Below are positions 50,885-64,000 of a stretch of DNA of 64,000 nt, one piece after another. The notes under the pieces are model-generated. The model was not told the origin of the DNA, did no database searches, and saw nothing but the letters and a program-made list of their open reading frames with translations. Source of the stretch: the human T2T-CHM13v2.0 reference genome, Homo sapiens. The stretch is from the NCBI RefSeq assembly GCF_009914755.1, contig NC_060925.1. The stretch is one strand, 5' to 3'. A program made the position numbers and the translations under genes. The first letter of the stretch is position 1. Every line of letters starts with the position of its first letter.

Positions 50885-51101
50885 AATCCAGAGGAAGCTT
50901 TAGTCCAAGGAAGTTAAACGTCAATTGTGTTAGTAGCTTAGAAACAAGACAATCATGCACTGCTGGATTTTCAGAGGTTGATCAGAGGCAGCTCTGAGAA
51001 ATGCTTTGGATCTGGTTTCACTTGTAATCTGTGATATGCCAGAGGAGATGAAAAGGGGACAAGTGACACAACCAATGGGGAAATACAGGGACAACACGTT
51101 G
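50885..51101 (+). pseudogene. Possible pseudo-exon (phase 2>0, four stops)
   Basis: tctattgttacag| ... cgttg|gtatag; ends ...SEAALRNALDLVSLVICDMPEEMKRGQVTQPMGKYRDNTL. Confidence 0.25.
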
Positions 51102-51397
51102 GTATAGAATGTACCAGCAATAATGAAATTAACACCCAAATGCAAGAGGAGGCTCCTTCTGAAAGGCTTTAATCAGTCATGGATCCCTGGAAAATCCCCA
51201 AGCCCAAATAAACTATGGAGTTTTTTTTTTTTTTTTTCCTTTGAGGATCTGTAAACATTCCACATACCTGCTTTTTTCAGTTAGGAGTAGGAAAACAAAA
51301 TATAGTTTTAGAAACTACATTGTGTTATTTAGAAACTATAGTTTTGAGAAAGTTAAGAGAGTTTATTTAAAAGAAGGTATTTAAAAGAAGGAAAGAG

Positions 51398-51786
<389 letters not shown>

Positions 51787-52169
51787 TTAGGACAGATAGA
51801 ATGCTAGACGTAAGAATGTAACCAAAATCAACAGACAGGAGAAAATGCAGACAGGACTTCAAGAAAGAAGAGGGAGAAAGAGTAACTGAGAGGGAAACAG
51901 AGGTACAGAGAGAATGAGGAGGGAAGGAGGGGGTACAGACTGGGGCGAAATAGGAGGGTGGTTGTGAGGTCTTGGGTGATAGAGCCAGTGGTGAAAGAAA
52001 GAAGAAAGAGTGAGACAGAAAAGAAAGACTCACTCTCTCCAGCACCTTCCCAGAAACAACTGACTGGCTTGGGCACTGCCAAACAGGCAGACAGCAGATG
52101 CGTAACCAGTATGGCTGTGCTAGGGTTAGGCAGCTGTCTACCTCCCTGAATAAGTCTCAGATTTATAAG

Positions 52170-52570
52170 CTAACAGAGGTCTCACCTCTGAGCTTCAAGC
52201 CTGTGTATATAACTGCCTAGTTGACGTTGCCTCTTAAATTTCTTGTAGGTATCCTTCTAATTAAAATATCTGACCATGTCCCCATCAGCCACTTGCCTCA
52301 TTTGGGACACCACCAACCATCCTGCACGGCTGCCCATGTTTCTGTTTCTCCAGCCCAAGCATGCAGTTTCAGTAGGTCCTTCAGAGGCTGCCTGAAAGGT
52401 AGGTTGCAAACCCCTCCTCTTTTCTCACATCCACTTGTCACCATGCTGGCGAGAGTCTCCTTTCTGGTCACCCCTCATTCCCCTTCTTGTCCCCTTCTGC
52501 ATATAGAGGCCAGAGTGACCTTACCTCTGTGCTTAGATATTTCTTAACTCTAATTTAAACCCTTCATTGC
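52170..52570. mobile_element. L2 remnant
   Basis: Degenerate L2 ORF2 3' motifs. Confidence 0.5.
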
Positions 52571-54391
52571 ACTTCCAATAAAAGCTCCAAGAAGGATGGC
52601 TTCAGGGAGAAAAATAAAATAAATCCCTGCTGTGTCTTATCACAGCATGTTTGGGAAAAAAAACATTTTCCTCCAAAACACTTTTCCTCAAAAAAGTAGG
52701 AAAAGGTTCCTAAGAAACTAGACAAATGAGAAAGGATGGTAGTTTTAACTCTAGATCATGTAACACGGACAGAAGAGTTAGCGGAAGAGAAAACATGATT
52801 AGGTGGGTTTCCTGAAGTATTGAAGATGTTGAAGTTCTCGGGCAGGAAGAAGCGGGTGGGATGCAGACCACACAATTGCAAGGAGGTAAAATAATTTAGA
52901 AGAGGGAATGCTTGGGGTCTCTCTTCCTGCCCCTTCGGCCTACTGTATTGGTCTTAGTAACATTGGTGTTTTCTGGGGTAAGCCATGCTGGAAAAGCTCT
53001 CCGGGCCTTCTGCAAGCCACGTATTCTTCTTGGAATTCTCTCTCTGCCCCCACCCCAATACCCCTCTTCTCTCATAACTGAGCCTTGTCATGTTTAGGTC
53101 CCAGTACCACATCCTCAGAGAGATCTCCAACCACTGCAGTTGAAATTGATCCCTACCTCCTTTATCACAACACCCTGTTTATTCTATTCTATTTAGTCCA
53201 TCTGTCACTGGACTTATTTTATTTCCTTGTTTTTCTTGTAGCCTGACTCTCCCTTAATACTGTAAGTTCACTCAAGGCAGGAGCTATATTTTATTATTGG
53301 TCTAGTTTGCTCTCCAATGTCTGGCATGCTATAGATAAAATGAGTAAGTCACTGAAGATAACGTAGAGAAAAGTAAAAATTTTTCACTGCTTCTCTTTTC
53401 TGGAAATTCTCATAAAATATCACATTGTTTAGGGAGAGACTGAGAATTCAGGGAGGATTTTCTTTGGCCGGGTTCTTGGAGTGGTGAGAGAAAAGGTGAA
53501 GATTTAGGGTGGCTTCAGAGAGTGCAATAAAGTCCCGTGGAGGAGGGTGGCCATGCACAGAGAGACTTCTCCACGGAGGGGTTCCCCTTGCCAAGGGCAC
53601 ACAGCTGGGGGCTGCTACTTCACAGTTTGACTACTTCTGGCATTGAGACAAAAGGAGGCATTTGTCTTGTTGTTCACTCCTTGTAGACCATGTTTGATCA
53701 TCAGAACAACAGGTCATTATTCTCAGGGCCATTCATTAGGGTGTCATCTGTGTGAGGAATATCAGGTTCATTCTCCATAGACTGGAGCAGTTGCCTTGGT
53801 TTAGCCACATCTTAGCACATGTCCTTGGGCTGGCCATTCAGTGTTCCTGGATCTCAGCCCCAAATCTGTGACCCCAGGAGTCATAATGGCCCCTGTTTCC
53901 TTCAAGGGCTATGGGAGGATCAGATAAATTAATGCAAAAGTAAATGTTTTATAAACTAAGTGGAGACAATTGACAGGGATGATTATCCTTCCAAAGTCTT
54001 CACTGTCAGAATACATGCTGTAAAACTATTTCACCTACATTTTATCTTCCAAGGGGCTAACAAGCTGTGGAGCTACTTAGAAAAAACAAAATACATCTCT
54101 TGAATATTTAACCAAAAATAGCTCCTTGACCCATCCGCAGTGAGTTCTGGCCTTGGAGGTATAAGGCCACTGTCCCCATGGGCATTCTAGGTATGGCAGG
54201 AACAGGGGGAAACGCAAGCTCCCCTACCTGTCTGGTGTCACCAACCAAAAAGGTTGCCCTGGGAATGCCTCGTCCCAGACATCAGGCTTCTCATATTTCT
54301 GTTTTCTGATGGGATGGGCATCAGATACTCACAAGTTTTTAGGTATCTATTGCCATTATTTTGCTAGGGCCTATAAGTATGTGTGTTCTAG

Positions 54392-54660
54392 GGAATACCT
54401 CTACATTGCTGGTGGGAATGTAAACTAGTACAACCACTATGGAAAACAGTGTGGAGATTCCTTAAAGAACTAAAAGTAGAACTGCCATTTGATCCAGCAA
54501 CTGCACTGCTGGGTATCTACCCAGAGGAAAAGAAGTCACTGTACGAAAAAGATACTCACACATACATGTTTACAGCAGCACCATTCACAATTGCAAAATC
54601 GTGGAACCAACCCTTCAATGCCCATCAATCAACAAGTGGATAAACTGTGAGCTATCTCTA

Positions 54661-54695
<35 letters not shown>

Positions 54696-54708
54696 GTATC
54701 TATCTATG

Positions 54709-54766
<58 letters not shown>

Positions 54767-55164
54767 CCTATCTATGATAGAATACTACTCAGCCATAAAA
54801 AAGAATGAATTAATGCCATTCACAGCAAACTGGATGGGACTGGAGATTATTATTCTAAGTGAAGTAACTCAGGAATGGAAAACCAAACATCAGGCATTCT
54901 CACTCATAAGTGGGAGCCAAACTATGAGGATGCAAAGGCATAACAATGACAATAGAATTTGGGGACTCAGGAGGAAAGGGAGGGAAGCGGGTAAGGGATA
55001 AGAGACTACAAATTGGGTTCAGTGTATACTGCTCGGGAGATGGGTGCAGCAAAATCTCACGAATCATCACTAAAGAATTTACTCATGTAACCAAACACCA
55101 CCTGTTCCCCAAAAACCTATGGAAATTAAAAATAAAAATAAAAAACAGAGATAACAAGGAAAAA
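54392..55164 (+). mobile_element. 5'-truncated L1PB1-like LINE-1
   Basis: ORF2 C-terminus and L1PB 3' UTR; TSD aagtat(g/c)tgtgttctag at 54375 and 55165. Confidence 0.9.
54654..54774. repeat. (TATC)n tetranucleotide microsatellite
   Basis: Direct read, about 120 bp. Confidence 0.95.
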
Positions 55165-55578
55165 AAGTATCTGTGTTCTAGAACTTGGATCAACAATGGA
55201 AGGGTTGGAGGCAGATTTGGGATCAATGTTGAGAAAGACTTTTCTAACAAAAAGAGAAACTCAGCAATATGCTTTTTAGGCAGAAGCGAGCCGCCGTCAC
55301 CTAAATGTCCTGCAGGGGCTGGCCGTGGTACAGGACACTGTCCTGGAGAGTTCCGCATCTGGAGCGCTTTTGCTGCTGTCCTTTACCACCTCTGAGAAGT
55401 CTATGTGGGGTTTCTTGTCTCAGAGGGTAAAGAGAGCAGAGCTCCCCAAAATGCATCTCTTTCCCTCAGAAAATGTCCCAAGACCTTACCTACCTGCTCT
55501 TTTGTTTCTTCTACTTTGATGCTTATATTTTAACTGATGAAACATTCTTCTCTTTAACAATCTCGCTGTTTCTCTTAG

Positions 55579-55707
55579 GGCTAGATGTAAATGCCAAGTG
55601 ACACAGAGAGCCTGACAATACTGACTAAAAATAACTTGAAAATAAAAACACTTAAGGCTGCCTTAAACATGGCATTTTCCATCTGTTTTGGATGCAGTGT
55701 CTGGCAG
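55579..55707 (+). pseudogene. Possible pseudo-exon (phase 0>0, GC donor)
   Basis: ctcgctgtttctcttag| ... ggcag|gcaatt; G*M*MPSDTESLTILTKNNLKIKTLKAALNMAFSICFGCSVWQ. Confidence 0.25.
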
Positions 55708-56366
55708 GCAATTTCAGAGTGAGAGCAGGATCAAAGGCCAGCTCCTCGGCCACTGCCATGGCTGTGTGTCTCTCTACATTTCAGGGAGGCTTGCATCTGG
55801 GGACCTCTACCCCATAGGGCAGTAACAGGAATTCAGGAAAATCTGCCTTCATCTCTCTCTCCAAGAAAAATGCCTCTGAGATCATGAATGTGAAATAAAG
55901 GGAGGAAGAGTTATCATCTTGTAAATCCTACCCTTTGTTCAAGGATTTAAGTTTAGAAATGGATAAATAAGGATTCAAAGGTAAGAGTTAACTCATGTAA
56001 ACTCAAAGATGATTGAAATCCAAGTGACCGAGGTGAGGGGCTGAAGAGAAGAGGGGTCATGAACATTTGTCTTATGTAAGGGGGATGGACGGAAATAAAT
56101 TAAATGAGAACCAGGCAGGCTTTGAGGTGGAGAATAAGATACTATAGGTTGTGAAAATGATCTGAACTATTTTTGTCGATATTGGTTTGGTTTGGGGTGA
56201 GGATTGGTAAAAGGCAAAAATGTTACCTAGACAGATGCAAGTGAATTAAAATGAATTTGACTTTCATATTTAAAAACAACAGCTAGAAGGTAAATAAAAC
56301 CTTTGAATTTTCATTAACAAAACTGAAAATGTAGTGTCTGTGTTTACACATGGTGAAAGTATGCAG

Positions 56367-56411
56367 GAATTCCTGTGGAATCTTGCCCTCACGCGCTGTC
56401 GGTACATTATG
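56367..56411 (+). pseudogene. Putative pseudo-exon (open; may start at 56336)
   Basis: EFLWNLALTRCRYIM|gtgggt; acceptor weak. Confidence 0.4.
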
Positions 56412-57029
56412 GTGGGTCGGGAGTAGTGCCCTGTGGGGAAGGTGGAATCATCCCAACTCCATTTTACAACCGATACCCTGCAGGTGCAGGCTCGGATCGG
56501 CATTACTGTGGCACTTACTATTTAGGGGCTCAAGACATCAGAAAGGTATTTGATGATGGGCCCTCTATCTACATGATCAGGCCCTAAATATTTCTCATTG
56601 CAAGTATAGTTCTATCATGGTGTCTTACACACACACACAAAATGTATATACACACATATATAAATGCATACACATGTACATATACATGTACACACACATA
56701 TATACTAAATGCTTCTGCTATTCACAATATATTGATTACAATTAAGTGACTCTTCAAATATAGCTATATTTAAATATATGTGCACACTGTACACTAACAA
56801 AGAAATACATTTAAGCAATGTGATGCCTCTAGAATAGAAATAGGAAGCCCTCCTTTGCCCTAACTCTGCTCCCTCTTCCACAGGTGATCACTGTGAACAC
56901 ACTGTGTTTGGTGTGTATCTTTCCAGACTCTTTTCCACCCACATCTGTATACACGCACATCTGTGTGCTCCTACATATTTGGGGACTTTCTTTGTTTACA
57001 GAAATGGGATGATGTATACCCCTTCAAGT

Positions 57030-57127
57030 ATTATTATTATTTTTTAGAGACAGGGACTCACACTTTTCCCAGGCTGGACTCGAACTCCTGGGCTCAAGTG
57101 ACCCTCCCACCTCAGCCTCCTGAGTAA
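57030..57127 (-). mobile_element. Alu monomer fragment
   Basis: Antisense Alu motifs. Confidence 0.8.
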
Positions 57128-57197
57128 ATGCCCCCTCTCAAGTAGGAGGCATGCGGGCTGATGCTCACCCCTTGACTCAGTCTTGGGCTTCTTTCAG

Positions 57198-57234
57198 AGG
57201 ATACGGGACAACGAGGAACCCAGGCCGAGGCCAG
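57198..57234 (+). pseudogene. Putative pseudo-exon (phase 0>1, open)
   Basis: gggcttctttcag| ... ccag|gtaatg; RIRDNEEPRPRP. Confidence 0.4.
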
Positions 57235-57718
57235 GTAATGAGCCAGCCTGGGGCAGCTCAGCCAGCCCAGGAGGGACCCTGCCTTCCTCCCCTTCCTTAC
57301 TGCCACTGGACTTAGTTCAAGAACTCACCCTCACCCTGACCTATTTCTGCAGGACTTCCTAAATGGTTCCCTTATTCCAGTCTCAGCCTTTTCCAATCCA
57401 TTTCCTGACAGCTGTCTCCTTTCTGACTAAAACCTTTCAAAGGTTTTCCATGAACTTGAAGGCTAAGTCCATGCTTCTCTGCATGACACCCAAGCCCCAC
57501 AATGTCTCTGTCTTCTGTCTCCACTCATAGTTGGCATTGTATGTTCCAGCCACACAGGTGACTGACTGCCTTTTCTCTGAACCACAAACCACTTCACCTC
57601 TGTGCAAAGGAAAACCTTTCTCCCCTTTCTCCAACCAGTTCCTCTCCATGAATCCTTCCAGCTTCAGCTCAGATATCACCTCCTCTAAGAGACCACTTGT
57701 GACTTTCCCCTGATCTGA

Positions 57719-58071
<353 letters not shown>

Positions 58072-58455
58072 TAATGTGAGCTCTTGAAGGAAAACACCCT
58101 CGGCCTCACTGTAGCCCTACTGCTGCCAGTGGAGCCTGGTACAGAGCAGAGACTAAACAAATCCTTGCTGAATGAATGAATGAATGAATGAATGAATGAA
58201 TAAATGAACCAATGGAAATAATAGGGAAATGATACTTGTAGCAGGGAAATGACACTAGTTTGCGGCAGGCCAAGTGTATTTTAGAGATGTTCCCTGCGGA
58301 AATCTCTTGGCAGATAAAGATTATAAGTGTTTGACTTCTGAGAATAACATCAGGATCATTTTATAAGAAGGCAGAGTCTAGTCTTTAAATTTGGAAGTAA
58401 AAATAAGCAATTTACATCAGTAGTGTGTGTTAAATGGCACGAAATGCTTTTGCAG

Positions 58456-58506
58456 CTTTCAAAGTCCTGAAACTCTTGCAGAACCAGAGACAACGTGACT
58501 TCTGCG
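58456..58506 (+). pseudogene. Putative pseudo-exon (phase 1>1, open)
   Basis: atgcttttgcag| ... ctgcg|gtagaa; AFKVLKLLQNQRQRDFC. Confidence 0.4.
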
Positions 58507-58677
58507 GTAGAAGCAACTCCCCAGTGACCAGTCCTTCCAACTGAAATTGTTTTTTTTTATTTGCTATAAAAACTGCTGATCAGAGTAAAAACTTTAGCTC
58601 TTTGGGTTTGTGTATTAAATTAGAACAAAACAAAAAATATTCTGCTTTCTAATTAGAGAGAGAGGGACTCTCCCCAG

Positions 58678-59314
<637 letters not shown>

Positions 59315-59344
59315 CTTTATTTTTTTAAATGTTATTATTTTTAA

Positions 59345-59653
<309 letters not shown>

Positions 59654-60070
59654 GTACAAGTACAATTTTGCTACACTGATTTATTGCACTGTGGTGAAAT
59701 CACGGCCTTCAGTGTATCCACTGAAGGAACATGCAATGTACCCACCAAACAACTACCCACTATCCACCTCCCACCCCTCGAAGTCCCCACTGTCCATCAT
59801 TCCACACTCCGCCTCCATGTGTACACATTATTTGCCTCCCACTTATGAGTGAGAACATGCGGTGTTTGTCTATCTGTGTCTGAGTTGTTTCACTTAAGAT
59901 AATGGCTTCTGGCTCCATCCATGTTGCTGCAAAAGACATGATTTCATTCTTTTTTTTCACAGATGAATAGTATTTCATCACGTATAAATACACCACATTT
60001 TCTTTATCCAGTCCTTCACTGATGGACACTTAAGCAGATTCCATATTCTGGCTATTATGAATACTGCTTG
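59654..60070 (-). mobile_element. L1MA/L1PB 3' fragment
   Basis: ORF 59760..60029 is L1 ORF2 C-terminus-like. Confidence 0.85.
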
Positions 60071-60317
60071 AGTGCTGCCTTAGAGATGCAAATTGCCCAG
60101 AGCTAAGAGTTTACTGCTCTGCAGAGGAAACCTTTAGGCCGTTTTGATGAACCATTCTCTAAAATGTTTAAGCACATTTCTTTTGTCCTGAATTGGAAGC
60201 AGTGAGTAAATGGACTTTTCCTTTTTCCTAAAGGGAAAGCCATAGTCATGCTGAAGGCCGGGGGCCTCTGGAGCTTGCTGCGAGGCACGAGGGGCTGGCT
60301 TATACTTGTTGGTACAG

Positions 60318-60468
60318 GAATACCTGAATTCCAAAATGCCTGCGTTGATTTCAATGGTCAGTGTGTTTATTCCTGCCTTGTGGACAGCTCTCACTTGTCT
60401 GGGCATGTTTTTCTCTCTGACTTGTGACTTCTTATCAGCCATGAGCTTGGAAATTAATTCAACCTGTG
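60318..60468 (+). pseudogene. Putative pseudo-exon (phase 1>2, two stops)
   Basis: tatacttgttggtacag| ... ctgtg|gtgagt; GIPEFQNACVDFNGQCVYSCLVDSSHLSGHVFLSDL*LLISHELGN*FNL. Confidence 0.5.
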
Positions 60469-61041
60469 GTGAGTCTAAGACTAAAAAGATCTTCAATAAG
60501 GCCCTAGGAGTCTGCTCCGATGAGTAAAAGGCAGTAGCTTTGAGACGTCTTGGATGTGCTAGGTCTTTCTGCATACTTTTTGGTTCTTGGTTGAATTCCA
60601 GTTAAAGAAGGCTCTCAGCTATGGAAGCTCTAGATTTCTGGGGTACTGCTGTATATGTGGGATGTTACTATACATCTGTATCACTGATTCAGCCAATTAT
60701 TAAGTACGAGAAACAGTGTGGCACAGGCAAAAAAAAAAAATGTGTTGCATAAACCCGAAGTTTGAGTACAAGTCCTAACTGTGGTGTTAACTGATGGAAT
60801 AATTCCAGGACATTCTTCAATTAGCCTCTTGGAGACAGTCTCCTGATCTGTGAAATGAGGCTTCTGAAGCCTGTCCTGCATCTCACGCAGGGGTGCAAGT
60901 GAAGATTAAATGAATCAGGCTTCATGGAAAATTTCTAAAAAATACAAAGCTCTTACTAAAAATTATGAGTTTATTAACATGTTATGCGTGTGTTTGGTTA
61001 TCTTAATCTTGCTTTATTATGAAATATGATTTCTCCCACAG

Positions 61042-61151
61042 GCTTCTGAGGATGAATTCAGAGCCACCAGTTCTAGAACAAATGTATCTAACACCTCAGG
61101 CAATTCAGAAGTGGATGAGTATTTTCAGGCAGTTCTTGCAGTCCAAATGTG
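61042..61151 (+). pseudogene. Putative pseudo-exon (phase 2 start, open; alternative end 61083)
   Basis: tgatttctcccacag| ... atgtg|gtacat; WLLRMNSEPPVLEQMYLTPQAIQKWMSIFRQFLQSKC. Confidence 0.5.
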
Positions 61152-61607
61152 GTACATTTAACTTTGACTAAACAACATAGAAATAATTTAGCAGTTGGTG
61201 GGTGGGGGTTAAGAAGGCCATGTTAAAACGGGGCAAGCAATGGGGCTAAATTTCCATATACAGTTTGCGGAGGGAATTAAAGCTCCAGAAGAGGTTTTTA
61301 AAAATATGACAGAATTGGTGTTGGTGAATTCAACAATAAAGGACTGAAGTGACAGCTAATTACAATAATAGATGCTTGAGCTGCAACACTTGACATATGC
61401 AGAATGATTTATGGGCATAAAAGTAATATTCCTGCAAGTCATTGTAAGACATACATTCCAATTTTTTCCAATTAAAAATATGAAAGCCAAGAAGTAACAA
61501 AAACAGGGCAATAAAATCAGCTAAGTGAATCTTTGTTAATATAGTTGTTAAAATAAATGCATTTCCTAGGTCTGATGGAGACTCAGAGGGATCCAGTGAA
61601 ACATTTT

Positions 61608-61750
61608 ATTTATTTGTGTATCATTTATTTATTTATTTAGATGGGGTCTCACTCTGTCACCCAGGCTAGAGTGCCATGGTGCCATCAAAACCCACTGCGG
61701 CCTTAAACTTCCGGGTTCAAGTGATCCTCTTACCTCAGCCTCCTGAATAG
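61608..61750 (-). mobile_element. 5'-truncated Alu (right monomer)
   Basis: TSD cagtgaaacatttt. Confidence 0.85.
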
Positions 61751-62005
61751 CAGTGAAACATTTTTAATAATAAAAATTTAATAATTTTTAATAATTTTAA
61801 TAACAAAATCTGTATATGTATGCAACAAGTTTTGCCAATTAGAATTTTACCTCAATATTATTTTGAAAACTTCCATGGTTTAAAGTGGTATTTTGTTACA
61901 TTATTTTCATAAGTAGTAAATTCTCCACCATTTTGAAGACAATGTCAGAAATGGTACCAAATTGATGGAGGCCAGATTTTGTGGGAGCTCACTGGTCTAT
62001 CACTA

Positions 62006-62353
<348 letters not shown>

Positions 62354-63034
62354 TATGGTGTGTGGCCAGGTCCTTGGGTGTGTGGTCCCTAAGTGGGGAA
62401 GTAGAGGGGTCCTCATTCCTCCCTGACATGTGCTGAGGGTTACTAATAATAATAATCATGGTGATGATGATGTTAGCTCACATTTATTGAGCTTACAATG
62501 TGTAAGCTTTGATGAAGAAACCACAGCTACTTTAACTCTTGCCATCTTTCCTGCCCTCAAACATACAGCCTTGTCATGCCAGACCACTTTCAGCCCTAAA
62601 ACTGTTCCTCCACTGAATCCCTGGGAAGGGACCATCCAGCCCATGCCTGTGACAGGGAGCTAACTCGAGAGAGGCTGGATGGCTGTCCATCACTGGACAG
62701 CTTTAGGGTCAGAAAATTCTTGCTTACACTGATGTAAATCCTTTCTCCTGTAATTTCCATTATTTGATTCCAGTTTTATGATACATCTTTAAGATTTATA
62801 TGGCTACTGAACACACTCTACTTTGTGCATTCATGCATTCATTTAATAAAAATTTTTAAAGCATCTAGTAAATGTGAGGCACTGAATTAGCTGTGGGGAT
62901 TTCATGTAATTAACCCGCAGTCAGGTGACACCCTATCCTGGCTCTTAATACAGGCCTCCGACACCAAGCAGAGATTCTGAAACCAGCCTGTGGGGATGCA
63001 GGCGGGGATGCCAGGTGTGAGAGGGGGTCTTTGT

Positions 63035-63967
63035 TTACCCGAGAGACCGAATATACAAATGGAAAATTAGCTGGATCGTATATAAAAACAGAACTTTGAC
63101 CCACAACTTGCAGCAACTAGCTCAGAAAGCCAACCAACTATCTGCAGCAATGATTCCAGAAAGCCAAACAACCACCCTTACAGCAACTGGTCCCAAATGA
63201 GCAGGACTTGATTAACGATGGCCAGCTTGCTTCATCTTTGCCTACCCGCCCCCGCCACCTATGACCCGCTTCCAATTTAGGACTAATTAGAGAAAGCCAA
63301 ATATGCTCCCATAACCAATCACATAGGATTCCTCACTTCTGGTTAGCCCACCTACGGCTTCCCCATCCCACAGCCTCCAATGAGGGCGCACCTGAAACCT
63401 TCCTTCCCTTTTTTCCGCCATGAAGCTTTCCCATTCCTGTCCCTGCCTGTGAGTCTCTGCCAAACTCAAGCAACAGCAGCTGACTGCCTTGCTAGAGCAA
63501 GCTCTGGATATATAGCTGATGTAATCTGGGTGTTTGTTCCCTCCAGATCTCATGTTGAAATGTAATCCCCAGTGTTGGAGGAGGGGCCTCGTGGGAGGTG
63601 TTAGGGTCCTGGAGGTGGATCCCTCATGAGCGGCTTAGCACTATCCCCTCGGTGAAGACTGAGTTTTCAGTTCATGCGAGATCTGATTGTTTAAAAGAGT
63701 GCAGCACTTCCTCCACCTTGCTCCCTCTCTTGCCACTGATGTGCCTGCTTCCCCTTCACCTTCTGCCTGGATTGTAAGCTCCCTGAGAACCTCACCAGAA
63801 GCAGATGCCAGCACCACGCTTCCTATACAGCCTGCCAAAATGTGAGCCAATTAAACCTCTTTTCTTTATAAATTACCCAGTCTTGGGTCCTTTAAAGCAA
63901 CGCACAAATTAACTAACACAATTGCCTTTACTTATTCTCCCGTAAGTGGTCTTCATTTATTTTCACA
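63035..63967 (+). mobile_element. ERV solo LTR (family not assigned) split by MSTB
   Basis: aaaacagaactttgacccacaac...aaccaatcacatagg; resumes after MSTB and ends ttttcaca. Confidence 0.55.
63517..63920 (+). mobile_element. MSTB-like MaLR LTR
   Basis: tctcatgttgaaatgtaatccccagtgttggagg ... aattacccagtct ... actaacaca. Confidence 0.85.
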
Positions 63968-64000
63968 CTTCCATTCAGTTTCTTTTTGCAATCATAGGTC

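Noticed and set aside
52354-52398. 45-nt segment with strong acceptor and donor (aag|gtaggt), phase 2>2
   Set aside because: Lies inside an L2 remnant, so it is probably a chance or exonised site rather than an ancestral exon.
60318-60468. Stop-free, signal-peptide/TM-like frame (MPALISMVSVFIPALWTALTCLGMFF...)
   Set aside because: This frame (0>1) hits a stop immediately on splicing to 61042, whereas the 1>2 frame fits both neighbouring exons.
60134-60574. 146-aa minus-strand ORF with exon-like boundaries (accacag|GTTGAA...TTCAG|gtattc)
   Set aside because: Most simply the antisense shadow of the + strand exon 60318-60468; no phase-compatible minus-strand partner exons were found. Not formally excluded.
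61042-61151. FRQFLQSKCG resemblance to an RGS-domain start
   Set aside because: Only a short motif; no following ENxxFW exon was identified.

Overview
Primate (probably human) genomic DNA dominated by interspersed repeats. These include about 26 Alus, two full-length L1PA7-like LINE-1s in divergent orientation (one carrying a nested L1PA4/5 insertion), an ancient L1M, an L1PB1, several LTRs (THE1, MSTB, MER54, MLT1, MER67-like), hAT MITEs, L2/MIR remnants and a 7SK retrocopy. No intact protein-coding gene is evident, and most long ORFs in the ORF track are L1- or Alu-derived. The main non-repeat signal is a chain of exon-like segments on the + strand (about 6.1-61.2 kb, possibly from about 1.3 kb). 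They lie in the unique-sequence islands, mostly have canonical AG/GT boundaries and largely continuous reading phase, and carry only scattered stops or frameshifts. This looks like a large decayed multi-exon gene (unitary-type pseudogene). By recollection only, not a computed alignment, it resembles a remote paralogue of CCDC162/DUF4549 proteins. Several short non-tandem templated duplications are also present, one of which copied a splice acceptor plus exon start. Exon calls were made by eye, and repeat subfamily names come from recognising consensus motifs.
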